Of a stretch of 64,000 nucleotides of DNA, positions 1-10,055 are shown piece after piece. Source of the stretch: an uncultured beta proteobacterium. GTDB lineage: Bacteria > Pseudomonadota > Gammaproteobacteria > Burkholderiales > Burkholderiaceae_C. The notes below the pieces were generated by a model. It was given only the letters and a program-made list of their open reading frames with translations, made no database searches and was not told the DNA's origin. The position numbers and the translations under genes are program-made. The stretch spans positions 39,732-103,731 of the forward strand of contig CAVTXG010000014.1 of assembly GCA_963738605.1 (NCBI GenBank), in the 5' to 3' direction. How positions within the stretch are numbered: the first letter of the stretch is position 1; every line of letters starts with the position of its first letter.

Positions 1-315
1 CGTGCCGGCGCTCGCCACCCAGCCGCTGCCGATGGTGGTGACCGGTGCGCCGACGAAACGGATCATGTCGTGGATGGCGTCGCCGGATTCGACGTGGCCG
101 CCGGGCGACGAGATCAGCATGCGGATCGGTGCGCTCGATTCCTGCGCCAGCAGGATCAGGCGCTCGCAGGTGCGGCGCGCGCTGTCGTCGTCGATCTCGC
201 CGAAGAGCAGCACGAAGCGCGACTTGAAGGCGAGTTGTTCGGAGAGCGCGCCGCCGGCAGCGGGCTTGGCGTTCTTGTCGTCGTCCTTGTCGGCGAGGCG
301 GTGAGTGATCGGCAT
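1..315 (-). CDS. ClpP-family serine protease paralog, N-terminal 105 codons (gene runs off the window start)
   Basis: Edge-truncated, so it is absent from the ORF track. My reverse translation from ATG 315..313 gives MPITHRLADKDDD...FVLLFGEIDDDSARRTCERLILLAQESSAPIRMLISSPGGHVESGDAIHDMIRFVGAPVTTIGSGWVASAG. This has the ClpP-like SPGG segment and a G-x-x-A-S-x-G serine motif. A GAAGGAG RBS lies upstream, and the start is 20 nt after the patatin stop. Confidence 0.75.
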   Translation of the reverse strand, partial: MPITHRLADKDDDKNAKPAAGGALSEQLAFKSRFVLLFGEIDDDSARRTCERLILLAQESSAPIRMLISSPGGHVESGDAIHDMIRFVGAPVTTIGSGWVASAGT

Positions 316-335
316 GAGAGAGCTCCTTCGGTTGC

Positions 336-1505
336 TCACGATTGTGAACCAGCGCGATGCACGTCGTGCGTGACGCTGCTGCGCTCGCCCCCGGGCGGCG
401 CCAGCCAATCCGGATGCGCGAGAGTGCGCTTGATGTCCGCGAGGCCGCTGGCCCAATGGTCGCGCATCGACAGCGCGCTGAACTCGTAGTCCTTGTGGTG
501 GCTGTCCCAGGCCTTCTCTTCGTAGATGAGGTGCACGACGTTGAATTTCTTGTCCGACGCCAGCGCCTGCGCCTGCGCGCACCAGGCGTCGCCCTTGCGC
601 TGCGCGGCGGGCACGCGCGCCAGCACTTCGCGCAACACGCGCCGCAGGTGGCGCTCGCGCTCGAGCTGCTGCGTCACCGCGCGCGTGCGGCTGGAGTAGC
701 GGATGTCCTTGGCGCGCTCTTCCACATCGAGCAGGTTCTTCGGCAGCGGGCCGCGCGCGCTCCACAGGTCGACCTGAAAGGCCAGCGTGTCGCGCCGCGG
801 CTCTTCGTCGAGCACGGCCGACAGCGGCGTGTTGGACACGAGGCCGCCGTCCCAGTAGTGCTCGCCGTCGATCGGCACCGAGCCGAAGCCCGGCGGCAGC
901 GCACCCGAGGCCATGATGTGCTCGGGCGCGATGCGATGGGCCCATCGTCCTCGTCGGCTGTCGAACAACTCGAAGTTGCCGCTGGCGACGTTGACTGCCG
1001 ACAGCGTCAGCCGCATCGCGCGTTCATCGTGGTTGATGCGATCGAAGTTGATCAGGCGTTCGAGCGTGGCCCTCAGCGGCGCGGTGTCGTAGTGGCCGAG
1101 CACGTCGGGTGCAGCCTGCGTCAGCAGCGCAGGCGATGGAACACGCGGCACGAAGAAACCGCGCTGGCCTTCGAGCACAGCACGCGAGGCCTCGAACCAG
1201 CCGAGCGCCGTGCGCGCCATCTCGCCGCCGAACTGCGCGGCCTGGGCGAACAGCGGCGCGGTCGGCGGCAGCAGCGGCGGTGCGGTCACCGTCTCCCAGA
1301 ACTCGCGCAGACGCTCGATGCGCTGCTCGCGCGCATTGCCGGCGATCAGCGCGGCGTTGACGGCGCCGATCGAAATGCCCGCGGCCCAATCGGGCTCGAT
1401 GCCGGCTTCGTGCAAGCCTTCGAACACGCCCGCCTGATACGCGCCGAGCGCGCCGCCGCCTTGCAGCACGAGCGCGATCGATTCGTAGGGCAGAGCAGAT
1501 TTCAT
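336..1505 (-). CDS. patatin-like phospholipase
   Basis: Lower part of ORF 336..2306, starting at ATG 1505 (MKSALPYESIALVLQGGGALGAYQAGV). It has the G-G-G-x-x-G oxyanion motif, a G-x-S-x-G motif (GISIG) and a later DGG Asp motif. The start overlaps the upstream permease stop by 4 nt. Confidence 0.9.
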   Translation of the reverse strand: MKSALPYESIALVLQGGGALGAYQAGVFEGLHEAGIEPDWAAGISIGAVNAALIAGNAREQRIERLREFWETVTAPPLLPPTAPLFAQAAQFGGEMARTALGWFEASRAVLEGQRGFFVPRVPSPALLTQAAPDVLGHYDTAPLRATLERLINFDRINHDERAMRLTLSAVNVASGNFELFDSRRGRWAHRIAPEHIMASGALPPGFGSVPIDGEHYWDGGLVSNTPLSAVLDEEPRRDTLAFQVDLWSARGPLPKNLLDVEERAKDIRYSSRTRAVTQQLERERHLRRVLREVLARVPAAQRKGDAWCAQAQALASDKKFNVVHLIYEEKAWDSHHKDYEFSALSMRDHWASGLADIKRTLAHPDWLAPPGGERSSVTHDVHRAGSQS

Positions 1506-2263
1506 GACCTGATCTTGTAGCCGATCGCGAGCAGCCGCAGGCAGATCGCCGAGACGACGACGAAACTCGTGCCCACCACCGCCAGCGACAACCACGGCGA
1601 GACATCGCTCGCGCCGAAGAAGCCGCGCCGGAAGCCGTCGATCATGTAGAAGAAGGGATTCAGGTGCGACAGCCCTTGCCAGAACGGCGGCAGCGAGTGC
1701 ACCGAATAGAACACGCCGGACAGGAAGGTCATCGGCATGATGATGAAGTTCTGGAACGCGGCCATCTGGTCGAACTTCTCGGCCCACAAGCCGGCGATCA
1801 GGCCCAGCGCACCGAGCATGCCGGCGCCGAGCGCAGCGAAGATCAAGATCCACCACGGCTCGGCGAAGTGCGGCGGCGCGAACCACAGGGTGACGACGAA
1901 CACGCCCGTGCCCACCATCAGCCCGCGCACGATGCTCGCGCCGACATAGGCCGCGAACCACGCCCAGTGCGACAGGGGAGTGACCAGCAGGAACACCAGG
2001 TTGCCGGTGATCTTGCTCTGCACCAGCGAGCTGCTGCTGTTGGCAAAGGCGTTCTGCAGCACGCTCATCATCACGAGGCCGGGGATCAGGAAGCTGGTGT
2101 AGCCCACGCCCTTGAAGACCTCGACATGCTCTTCGAGCACGTGGCCGAAGATCAGCAGGTAGAGCACGGCGGTGAGCACCGGCGCGGCCACGGTCTGGAA
2201 GCTCACCTTCCAGAAGCGCAGGACTTCCTTGTTGAAGAGGGTGCGCGCGCCGGCGAGGTTCAT
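1502..2263 (-). CDS. ABC-2 type exporter permease (YadH-like)
   Basis: ORF 1502..2263, 253 aa. Multi-helix hydrophobic protein with the typical ABC-2 N-terminus (LFNKEVLRFWKV) and an FFYMIDGFR region. It follows the ABC ATPase. Confidence 0.9.
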   Translation of the reverse strand: MNLAGARTLFNKEVLRFWKVSFQTVAAPVLTAVLYLLIFGHVLEEHVEVFKGVGYTSFLIPGLVMMSVLQNAFANSSSSLVQSKITGNLVFLLVTPLSHWAWFAAYVGASIVRGLMVGTGVFVVTLWFAPPHFAEPWWILIFAALGAGMLGALGLIAGLWAEKFDQMAAFQNFIIMPMTFLSGVFYSVHSLPPFWQGLSHLNPFFYMIDGFRRGFFGASDVSPWLSLAVVGTSFVVVSAICLRLLAIGYKIRS

Positions 2264-2324
2264 GGGTCACCCTGCGGGCTAAGGTGTCGAAGCCGTGCCA
2301 CAGCACCGTTCGGAGATTGGGCCT

Positions 2325-3245
<921 letters not shown>

Positions 3246-3340
3246 CAGCGCCCGCGCGGCCGCCCGAAGGGCGCTGACGCCCCCTCGGGGGGCAGTGAAC
3301 GAAGTGAGCTGGGGGGCCTCATGAGGTCGGCGATTGTAGG
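3246..3340. repeat. GC-rich hairpin (REP-like) intergenic repeat, copy A
   Basis: Fills the gap between the divergent ABC ATPase and EamA genes. Stems include CAGCGCCC...GGGCGCTG and GCCCCC-tcg-GGGGGC. Motif style resembles copies at 15721, 20927, 28996 and 61386. Confidence 0.55.
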
Positions 3341-3361
3341 CAGCACCTACCATCGCGGCCG

Positions 3362-4243
3362 ATGAGCGCCGACACCACCTGCCCCAACCTCTCATTGCGT
3401 GCCATCGCGCTGACCGCACTGGCGATGCTCGCCTTTGCCGCCAATTCGTTGTTGACGCGCCTGGCGCTGCAGCACGCGAGCATCGACGCGGCCAGCTTCG
3501 GCAGCGTGCGCCTGGCTTCGGGCGCGCTGGTGTTGTGGGCGGTGCTGCGCTGGCGCGATCGTGGCGCACGCACCGGCTTGCGTGGCGACTGGATCGCCGC
3601 GTCGATGCTGTGGCTGTACGTCGCCGGCTTTTCCTTCGCCTATCTGACACTCGCCGCCGGCACCGGCGCGCTCATCCTGTTCGGCTGCGTGCAGTTGACG
3701 ATGCTGGCAGTGGGCTGGGCGCGCGGCGAACGCTTCAGCGTCGTCGCATGGAGCGGGTTCGCGATGGCGGTGGCCGGCCTCGTCGCGCTGCTGCTGCCGG
3801 GCCTGACGGCACCACCGCTGGCCGGCGCGCTGCTGATGGCCACGGCCGGCATCGCCTGGGGCGTGTATTCGCTGCGTGGCCGCAACGCCGGCGAGCCGGT
3901 GGCTGCGACTGCGGGCAACTTCATCCGTGCCACGCCGCTCGCGCTGGCGCTGAGCCTCGCGCTCGCCGGCTCGTCGCACGTCAGTGCGCAGGGCGTGGCG
4001 CTGGCCGTGGCTTCGGGCGCGATCACATCGGGGCTGGGCTACGTCGTCTGGTACGCGGCGCTGCCGCATCTCACCGCGCTGCGCGCAGCCACGGTGCAAC
4101 TTTCGGTGCCGCCGCTGGCCGCGCTCGGCGGCGTGCTGCTGCTGGGCGAGACGTTGACGCCGCGCCTTGCGCTGGCTTCGCTGGCGATCCTCGGCGGTGT
4201 GGCGCTGGTGCTGGCGAGCCGCGCGCGCCGCCAGGGGCGTTGA
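3362..4243 (+). CDS. EamA/DMT-family transporter
   Basis: ORF 3362..4243, 293 aa. About 10 hydrophobic helices with two EamA-like halves. Confidence 0.85.
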   Translation: MSADTTCPNLSLRAIALTALAMLAFAANSLLTRLALQHASIDAASFGSVRLASGALVLWAVLRWRDRGARTGLRGDWIAASMLWLYVAGFSFAYLTLAAGTGALILFGCVQLTMLAVGWARGERFSVVAWSGFAMAVAGLVALLLPGLTAPPLAGALLMATAGIAWGVYSLRGRNAGEPVAATAGNFIRATPLALALSLALAGSSHVSAQGVALAVASGAITSGLGYVVWYAALPHLTALRAATVQLSVPPLAALGGVLLLGETLTPRLALASLAILGGVALVLASRARRQGR

Positions 4244-6189
4244 TGCCTTATCGTCGCGCCCAGCTTCACCTCGTCGCCGACGCCATGCGCAGCCGCTTCA
4301 TCGCATTGGTTCTTGCTTTCGCCTGCGTCCTCGCGCCGCCGTCCCGGGCGCAAGCCGTGATCGCGGAGGCAGCGCGCGAGACGCCGTATCCCGGCGTCGT
4401 CAAGCTGCAGGTCGATGCCACCGATCTCGACCGCCGCATCCTGCGCGTGCGCCAGACGCTGCCGGTGGCACCGGGCCCTCTCAAGCTCTACCAGCCGCGC
4501 TGGATCCCGGGCCATCACGCGCCCACCGGCGACGCGACGCTGCTCGCCGGGCTCGTCGTGCAGGCCAACGGGCAGCGCCTGGCGTGGCGACGCGACGGCC
4601 TCGACACCCACGCCTTCCTGCTCGACGTGCCGCGCGGGGTGCGCGCGCTCGACCTCGAGTTCCAGCACCTGTCGGCGGTGGGCGAGAGCAGCGGCCGCGT
4701 CGTGATGACGCGCGAGATGATGAACCTGCAGTGGCACAACCTGTTGCTCTACCCCGCCGGGCATGTGGCGCGTGGCATCACCTTCCAGGCCAGCCTGACG
4801 CTGCCCGAAGGTTGGTCCTGGGGCGGGGCGCTGCGCGCCGAGCGGAGCGACGCGGCGACCGTGCACTTCAAGCCGGTGTCGCTGGAGACGCTGGTGGATT
4901 CGCCGCTGTTCGCCGGCTTGCACCACAAGCGCGTCGAGCTCGACGCCGCCGGCGCCGCGCGGCCGGTTGTTTTGCACCTGTTCGCCGACAGCGCCTCGCA
5001 ACTCGAAGCCAGCGACGCCCAGCTCGACGCGCACCGCCGCCTGGTGCAGCAGTGCGACCGGCTGTTCGCCTCGCGCCACTTCGCGCAGTACGACTTCCTG
5101 CTGGCGCTGACCGAGCGCATGGGCGGCATCGGCCTGGAGCACCACGAGAGCAGCGAGAACGCGGTCAAGCCCACCTACTTCAAGGACTGGGACAAGTCGG
5201 TGCGCAGTCGCGAGCTGCTGCCGCACGAGTACGCGCATTCGTGGAACGGCAAGTTCCGGCGCCCGCGCGATCTGTGGACACCGCACTTCAACGTCTCGAT
5301 GCGCAACTCGCTGCTCTGGCTGTACGAGGGGCAGACCGAGTTCTGGGGCAAGGTGCTGGCCGCGCGCAGCGGCCTGGTCAGCGAAGCGCTGGCGCGCGAC
5401 GAACTCGCCAGCCTGGCAGCGCTGTTTTCGACACGTCCCGGTCGCGCCTGGCGCAACCTGCAGGACACCACGAACGACGCGCCGATGAGCAACCTGCGCT
5501 GGTCGCGCGACTGGAGCAGCTGGCAGCGCAACCGCGGCGACTACTACGGCGAAGCGCTGCTGATCTGGCTCGACGCCGACATGCTGATCCGCGAGTCCAG
5601 CAACGGCACGCGCTCGCTCGACGACTTCGCGCGCGCCTTCTTCGGCATGCGCGACGGCGAGCTCGGGCCGCTGGCCTACACCTTCGACGACGTGGTCGCC
5701 GCGCTCAACGCGGTGCATCCCCACGACTGGGCACGCTTCCTGCGCGAGCGACTCGACGCCCACGAGCGCGCACCGCTCGACGGCCTGGCGCGCGCCGGCT
5801 GGCGCCTCGGCTTCACCGACAAGCCGAGCAGCAACCTCGAAGCCGACGAGGCCGACGGCAAGTACAGCGACTTCTACTACTCGCTCGGCTTCCTGGTCGG
5901 CCAGGACGGCAAGCTCTCGGGCGTGCTGTGGGAAGGGCCGGCCTACAAGGCCGGGCTCGCGCCGGGCCTGACGCTGGTGGCCGTGAACCTGCGCGCCTAC
6001 AAGGCCGAGCTGCTGAAGGACGCGATCCGCGCCAACCGCGACGGCAAGGCGCCGATCGACTTGCTGCTGCGCGACGGTGATCGCTTCTTCAACGTGCACC
6101 TGGACTACCGCGATGGCCTGCGCTATCCAGCGCTCGAACGCATCGAGGGCCAGCCCGACCGGCTGGCGGCGATGCTGGCGGCGCGGTAG
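4243..6189 (+). CDS. M61-family (glycyl aminopeptidase-like) zinc metallopeptidase with C-terminal PDZ-like region
   Basis: In-frame part of ORF 3535..6189. ATG 4243 overlaps the EamA stop (TGATG); an alternative Met at 4285 directly precedes the signal peptide (MRSRFIALVLAFACVLAPPSRAQA). Contains the HEYAHSW (HExxH) motif. Confidence 0.85.
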   Translation: MPYRRAQLHLVADAMRSRFIALVLAFACVLAPPSRAQAVIAEAARETPYPGVVKLQVDATDLDRRILRVRQTLPVAPGPLKLYQPRWIPGHHAPTGDATLLAGLVVQANGQRLAWRRDGLDTHAFLLDVPRGVRALDLEFQHLSAVGESSGRVVMTREMMNLQWHNLLLYPAGHVARGITFQASLTLPEGWSWGGALRAERSDAATVHFKPVSLETLVDSPLFAGLHHKRVELDAAGAARPVVLHLFADSASQLEASDAQLDAHRRLVQQCDRLFASRHFAQYDFLLALTERMGGIGLEHHESSENAVKPTYFKDWDKSVRSRELLPHEYAHSWNGKFRRPRDLWTPHFNVSMRNSLLWLYEGQTEFWGKVLAARSGLVSEALARDELASLAALFSTRPGRAWRNLQDTTNDAPMSNLRWSRDWSSWQRNRGDYYGEALLIWLDADMLIRESSNGTRSLDDFARAFFGMRDGELGPLAYTFDDVVAALNAVHPHDWARFLRERLDAHERAPLDGLARAGWRLGFTDKPSSNLEADEADGKYSDFYYSLGFLVGQDGKLSGVLWEGPAYKAGLAPGLTLVAVNLRAYKAELLKDAIRANRDGKAPIDLLLRDGDRFFNVHLDYRDGLRYPALERIEGQPDRLAAMLAAR

Positions 6190-6205
6190 ATTCGGCCGCA
6201 ACACC

Positions 6206-6868
6206 ATGTCGCAACCCGCCAAGAAGCCGCCGCGCCGCACCGCCGAGCGCATCCTCGACGTCACGCTGGAGCTGTTCAACCGCTTCGGCGAACCCAACGT
6301 CAGCACCACGGTGATCTCGGCCGAACTCAAGATCAGCCCGGGCAATCTCTACTACCACTACCCGGCCAAGGACGAGCTGATCAACAAGCTGTTCGCGCGC
6401 TACGAGAGGGCGCTCGACGAGGTGCTGCAGGCCGCGGGCAACGTGCGCAACGTCGAGGATGCTTGGCTGTTCTTCCACCTGTTGTTCGAGACGATCTGGG
6501 CCTACCGCTTCCTGTATCGCGACCTGAACGACCTGCTGTCCAAGAACCGCAAGCTGGAGACGCAGTTCCAGCAGATCTTGAAGGCCAAGGGCCGCGCGGT
6601 GCAGTCGGTGCTGGGCGGGCTTGCCCGCGGCAGCGCCGTCAAGATCGACGCGCGCGAAGCCGAGCCGGTGGCGACCGCGATGGTGGTGGTGCTGACGTAC
6701 TGGCTGTCCTTCGAGTACGTGCGCGATCCGCGCAAGGCGCTCGAACCCGAAACCGCCGGCCCGGCGCTGGCGCGCGGCGCGTATCACGTGCTGAGCCTGC
6801 TGATGCCCTACATCGACGATGCATCGCGCAACCACCTGCATGCGCTCGTCGCGCCTTATCGACACTGA
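6206..6868 (+). CDS. TetR-family transcriptional regulator
   Basis: In ORF 6077..6868, ATG 6206. N-terminal TetR HTH: RILDVTLELFNRFGEPNVSTTVISAELKISPGNLYYHY. Confidence 0.9.
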   Translation: MSQPAKKPPRRTAERILDVTLELFNRFGEPNVSTTVISAELKISPGNLYYHYPAKDELINKLFARYERALDEVLQAAGNVRNVEDAWLFFHLLFETIWAYRFLYRDLNDLLSKNRKLETQFQQILKAKGRAVQSVLGGLARGSAVKIDAREAEPVATAMVVVLTYWLSFEYVRDPRKALEPETAGPALARGAYHVLSLLMPYIDDASRNHLHALVAPYRH

Positions 6869-6891
6869 ACACCAACAAGGAGACACACGAC

Positions 6892-7659
6892 ATGGCCAAG
6901 TGGACTGCCTTTCCCTACGATCTGTTCGAACTCGACGCCGCTGCGGTGAAGAAGCAATGGGCGCGGCTGCATGCCGGCGATGCCGAGCCCTTGCCGAAGG
7001 ACGCCAAGGTGATCGACGCCTGGGCGCTGTTTCACCGCGGTGAATTTCAGAAGGCCTTCGACGCGGGCATGAAGTTGGGCGGAGCCGGCATCACCGTGGC
7101 CAACAAGGCGCAGGCCATCCACGCCAACTACCTCGAGAAAAGCGAGAAGACCAAGCTCGCGATGTTCCAGGAGATCGCGGCGCGCGCCGAGGCGCAGCAG
7201 CGTGAAGAGCCGAAGAACGCCAATGCGTTCTACTGGCAGGCTTACGCGCTCGGCCGCTACAGCCAGGGCATCAGCGTGGCCAAGGCGCTGGCACAGGGTC
7301 TGGGCAGCAAGGTCAAGGGCGCATTCGAGACCACCCTCAAGCTCGCGCCCAAACATGCCGACGCGCACATCGGCCTGGGCAGCTTCCACGCCGAGGTGAT
7401 CGACAAGGTCGGCGGCCTGCTCGGCAAGACGCAAGGCGCCGACAAGGCCACCGGGTTGAAGCTGTTCCAGCAGGCGCTCAAGCTCAATCCGCCGAGCGCG
7501 ATCGCGATGATCGAATACGCCAACGGCCTGGTCATGCTCGAAGGCGACAAGAAGATGAAGGAGGCCGAGAAGCTCTACGCCGACGCGGCCGCGTGCGAGC
7601 CGGCCGATGCGATGGAGATGCTGGATGTGGAGATGGCGAAGGAAGAGCTCGAAGACTGA
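6892..7659 (+). CDS. hypothetical protein, helical/TPR-like
   Basis: In ORF 6463..7659, ATG 6892 with an AAGGAGA RBS. 255 aa with normal composition and no motif I recognise. Co-directional with the TetR and ACBP genes. Confidence 0.7.
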   Translation: MAKWTAFPYDLFELDAAAVKKQWARLHAGDAEPLPKDAKVIDAWALFHRGEFQKAFDAGMKLGGAGITVANKAQAIHANYLEKSEKTKLAMFQEIAARAEAQQREEPKNANAFYWQAYALGRYSQGISVAKALAQGLGSKVKGAFETTLKLAPKHADAHIGLGSFHAEVIDKVGGLLGKTQGADKATGLKLFQQALKLNPPSAIAMIEYANGLVMLEGDKKMKEAEKLYADAAACEPADAMEMLDVEMAKEELED

Positions 7660-7707
7660 TCTGGCTAAGATGTTTCAACCTATCCGCTGACAAGGAGTCC
7701 GTTCATC

Positions 7708-7962
7708 ATGGCCACCAGCAAAGCCGCCTTCGACAAGGCCGTCGCCGACAGCAAGAACCTGCCCGAGAAGCCCGACAACGCCACGCTGCTGCAGATCTAC
7801 GCGCTGTACAAGCAGGCCACGGTGGGTGAAGTCGACGGCAAGCGCCCCGGCTTCACCGACATGGTCGGCCGCGCCAAATGGGACGCGTGGAATGCGATCA
7901 AGGGCAAGGGCAAGGACGAGGCAATGGGCGAGTACGTCGACCTGATAGAGTCGTTGAAGTAG
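7708..7962 (+). CDS. acyl-CoA-binding protein (ACBP)
   Basis: ORF 7708..7962, 84 aa, with the ACBP signature LLQIYALYKQATVGEV...KWDAW. AAGGAG RBS upstream. Confidence 0.9.
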   Translation: MATSKAAFDKAVADSKNLPEKPDNATLLQIYALYKQATVGEVDGKRPGFTDMVGRAKWDAWNAIKGKGKDEAMGEYVDLIESLK

Positions 7963-8139
7963 CGCGTGCGCGCCTTCATGCAGCACCTCGACCGCGAGCG
8001 CGTGCTTGTACTTGCGTTGTGGCCGATCTGCGCGGCATCGTATGCGTTCCGGCGTGACGGGCGGGTACATGCAACGACGCGGCGCAGAAGAAGGCACGAT
8101 CGAACTGGCCGACTGGTTCTGCTGCACCGGCCTGGATGA

Positions 8140-8325
8140 AGCCAGCGAGTGCAGCTGCCGCACTTGCAGGCAGAGTGCCAACCTTCAGCTCCGCATGCAG
8201 CGGTACAGCACCTTCGTGCCGCGGCGCATGACGATATGGCTGCCTGACTGGCGCGCCTTCTCGAAACCAAGCTTCTGCAACGCCTTCACCGCCTCGGCGC
8301 CTGAGACGCGGGGCAACTTAGGCAT
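8140..8325 (-). pseudogene. hicA: HicA-family mRNA-interferase toxin, frameshifted
   Basis: My translation from ATG 8325 gives MPKLPRVSGAEAVKALQKLGFEKARQSGSHIVMRRGTKV, then a stop at 8185 after an off-frame tail. The conserved continuation VPLHAELKVGTL reads in another frame from about 8205. The 3' end is uncertain. The start overlaps the hicB stop. Confidence 0.65.
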
Positions 8326-8527
8326 GCGCTGGCTCGACCGTAAAGACGGTTACCAGCGGGTGGCCCTTCGCAGCAAAATGAAACTCCTCGATGTACAGCG
8401 CCGTTGCCTCCCGAAGATTTGCAATGGCCTCTTCCACCGTTTCTCCCTGCGAGACGGTTCCCGTTTCAGGATTCAGTGCCACAAACCCACCTTCTTCAGC
8501 GGGCGTAGGCACGGCAGTGAGTTGCAT
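8318..8527 (-). CDS. hicB: HicB-family antitoxin (UPF0150 fold)
   Basis: ORF 8318..8548. I prefer Met8 at 8527 because a GGAGG RBS lies 6 nt upstream. Sequence: MQLTAVPTPAEEGGFVALNPETGTVSQGETVEEAIANLREATALYIEE. Confidence 0.8.
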   Translation of the reverse strand: MQLTAVPTPAEEGGFVALNPETGTVSQGETVEEAIANLREATALYIEEFHFAAKGHPLVTVFTVEPAHA

Positions 8528-8628
8528 ACGATGCCTCCAAGTGTGCATTGTCGCTCAGTGCGCCTCGCGCGCAGTCACAGCCCACTTAGACACGCAAGGC
8601 ACGGATTCGCTTTCCGTGCGCCCGCAGC

Positions 8629-8955
8629 CTACTTCTTCCCCGCCTTCTTCGCAGCCGGCTTCGCGCTCTTGGCCAGCAGCGCGTCCAGGTTCTTCTTGAT
8701 CTCGTTCTCGATCGTCTTGGCGAAGGCGCCGAGCAGGAAGCCGAGCTTGGCGTTCAAGTCGAAGTGGTCGGCGGCGACGATCAGCGTGCCGGCCACGCCC
8801 AGGCGCTTGAACTCCACCGTGTCGCTGAACTCGCCTTCGAGAATGGTGCACTCCATGTCGAAGTCGCGCTCAACGTCTTCGGCCCAGTGCAGCGCGACCT
8901 TGCGCGCCTTGGCCAGGCCGAGCTGGTGTTCGCGGTGGATCTTGATGTCGGGCAT
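8629..8955 (-). CDS. putative polyhydroxyalkanoic acid system protein (PHA_gran_rgn family)
   Basis: ORF 8629..8955, 108 aa: MPDIKIHREHQLGLAKARKVALHWAEDVERDF..., with a Lys/Ala-rich tail. Confidence 0.75.
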   Translation of the reverse strand: MPDIKIHREHQLGLAKARKVALHWAEDVERDFDMECTILEGEFSDTVEFKRLGVAGTLIVAADHFDLNAKLGFLLGAFAKTIENEIKKNLDALLAKSAKPAAKKAGKK

Positions 8956-8978
8956 GGCCTTGTTTCCTCAACACTCTC

Positions 8979-10055
8979 TCATGACGGCCCCAGTGTGGCG
9001 TGGCGCTCGGCCTTGGGCAATGCGGCCAAACGCGCGACCGCGGCGTAGAAGCGCGCGAAGTCGCGGCCCTCGCGTTCGTACAGCTGCTCGAACTGCGGCA
9101 CGAGTTCGTTGTATGCCGCCAGCACGCCGAAGTTGGCGTTGTTGGCGCGCTCGAACCAGGCGTCGTAGCCGGCGAAACCGCTCCAGCGCCCGGTCTTGAG
9201 CCGCGCGTACTCGGCGCGCAGTTCGCGCATCACGTCGGCCTTGGCAATGCGCTTGTCGGCGTCGCTGGCTGCACCGTCGTAGACGGCCTTCAAACGGTCG
9301 CGGTAGCGCGTGGTCAGCGCGCGGAAGTCCTCTCGTCGCGCGTCCTGCGCCGCGGTCTGCTTGCGCGCCTCGTCGCCCGCGTGTTGCGCCAGCCAGCGCG
9401 CCACGCCGATGCGCTCGACGGCGGTGGCGAACGATTCATTGAACATCGTGTCGCCTTCGGCATAGACCACCTGGTGCGCGAGTTCGTGGAAGACCAGGCG
9501 CGCCAGTTCGCCTTCGCTCCAGCCGATGAAGGTGTTGAGCAGCGGATCGCCGCCGAGCCATTCGAGCTTGCCGAGCGTCGAGTACGCGGGCACGCCGTAG
9601 ACGTTGACTTCGAGGCCGCGCGCGCGCAGCGCCGCCCCTTCGGCCTGCGCCGCGGCTTGCTCGTAGTAGCCGCGGTAGCCGACGCAGCCAACGACCGGGA
9701 AGCACCAGGTCTCGAGCTTCAACGAGAGCTCGGGTGCGGCGGTGACGTTCCAGACCGCAGCGTTGCGGCCGAGATCGCTGTAGCGGCGGTAGCTGCGGTT
9801 GTCGGGCAGCTTCAATTCGGCCACGGCGAAGTCGCGGATGCGTTGCGCCAGTGCCAGTCGCTGGCGCAGCGTCTCGGGCGTGGCGGCATCGGCGGCGACT
9901 TCATCGATCGCCTTGGCGCGCGCGATCAGATCGAGGTGGCCGCCGACCGATTGCGCGTAGTAGCCGAGCGTCGAGCAGCCGACGGTGAGGCACGCCGCGC
10001 CGACGAGCGCCACCAGTCCCGCCAAGCCGATGCCCGCCACCTTCAGCCAGCTCAC
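8979..10055 (-). CDS. lipoprotein zinc aminopeptidase (DUF2265-like)
   Basis: Lower part of ORF 8979..11135. GTG start at 10055 overlaps the upstream stop (GTGA). Lipobox LTVGC and an HExxH motif (FHELAHQ). Confidence 0.8.
   Translation of the reverse strand: MSWLKVAGIGLAGLVALVGAACLTVGCSTLGYYAQSVGGHLDLIARAKAIDEVAADAATPETLRQRLALAQRIRDFAVAELKLPDNRSYRRYSDLGRNAAVWNVTAAPELSLKLETWCFPVVGCVGYRGYYEQAAAQAEGAALRARGLEVNVYGVPAYSTLGKLEWLGGDPLLNTFIGWSEGELARLVFHELAHQVVYAEGDTMFNESFATAVERIGVARWLAQHAGDEARKQTAAQDARREDFRALTTRYRDRLKAVYDGAASDADKRIAKADVMRELRAEYARLKTGRWSGFAGYDAWFERANNANFGVLAAYNELVPQFEQLYEREGRDFARFYAAVARLAALPKAERHATLGPS

Noticed and set aside
3535-4242. 5' extension of the M61 peptidase ORF overlapping the EamA gene.
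   Set aside because: It is the off-frame translation of the EamA coding region. The peptidase signal peptide begins at 4243/4285.
4039-6345. 768-aa ORF antisense to the M61 peptidase. Similar long antisense or off-frame ORFs occur at 13279..15873, 12146..13267, 41288..44635, 45249..46880, 49390..51126, 10232..12079 and 8006..9199.
   Set aside because: These are Arg/Ala/Gly/Pro-rich products with no motifs. Each lies opposite to or out of frame with a gene that has strong family signatures. Long open mirror frames are expected at this GC content.
7963-8139. Possible additional gene remnant between the ACBP gene and hicA.
   Set aside because: No frame on either strand gave a recognisable family pattern. 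It may simply be the degraded 3' end of hicA.
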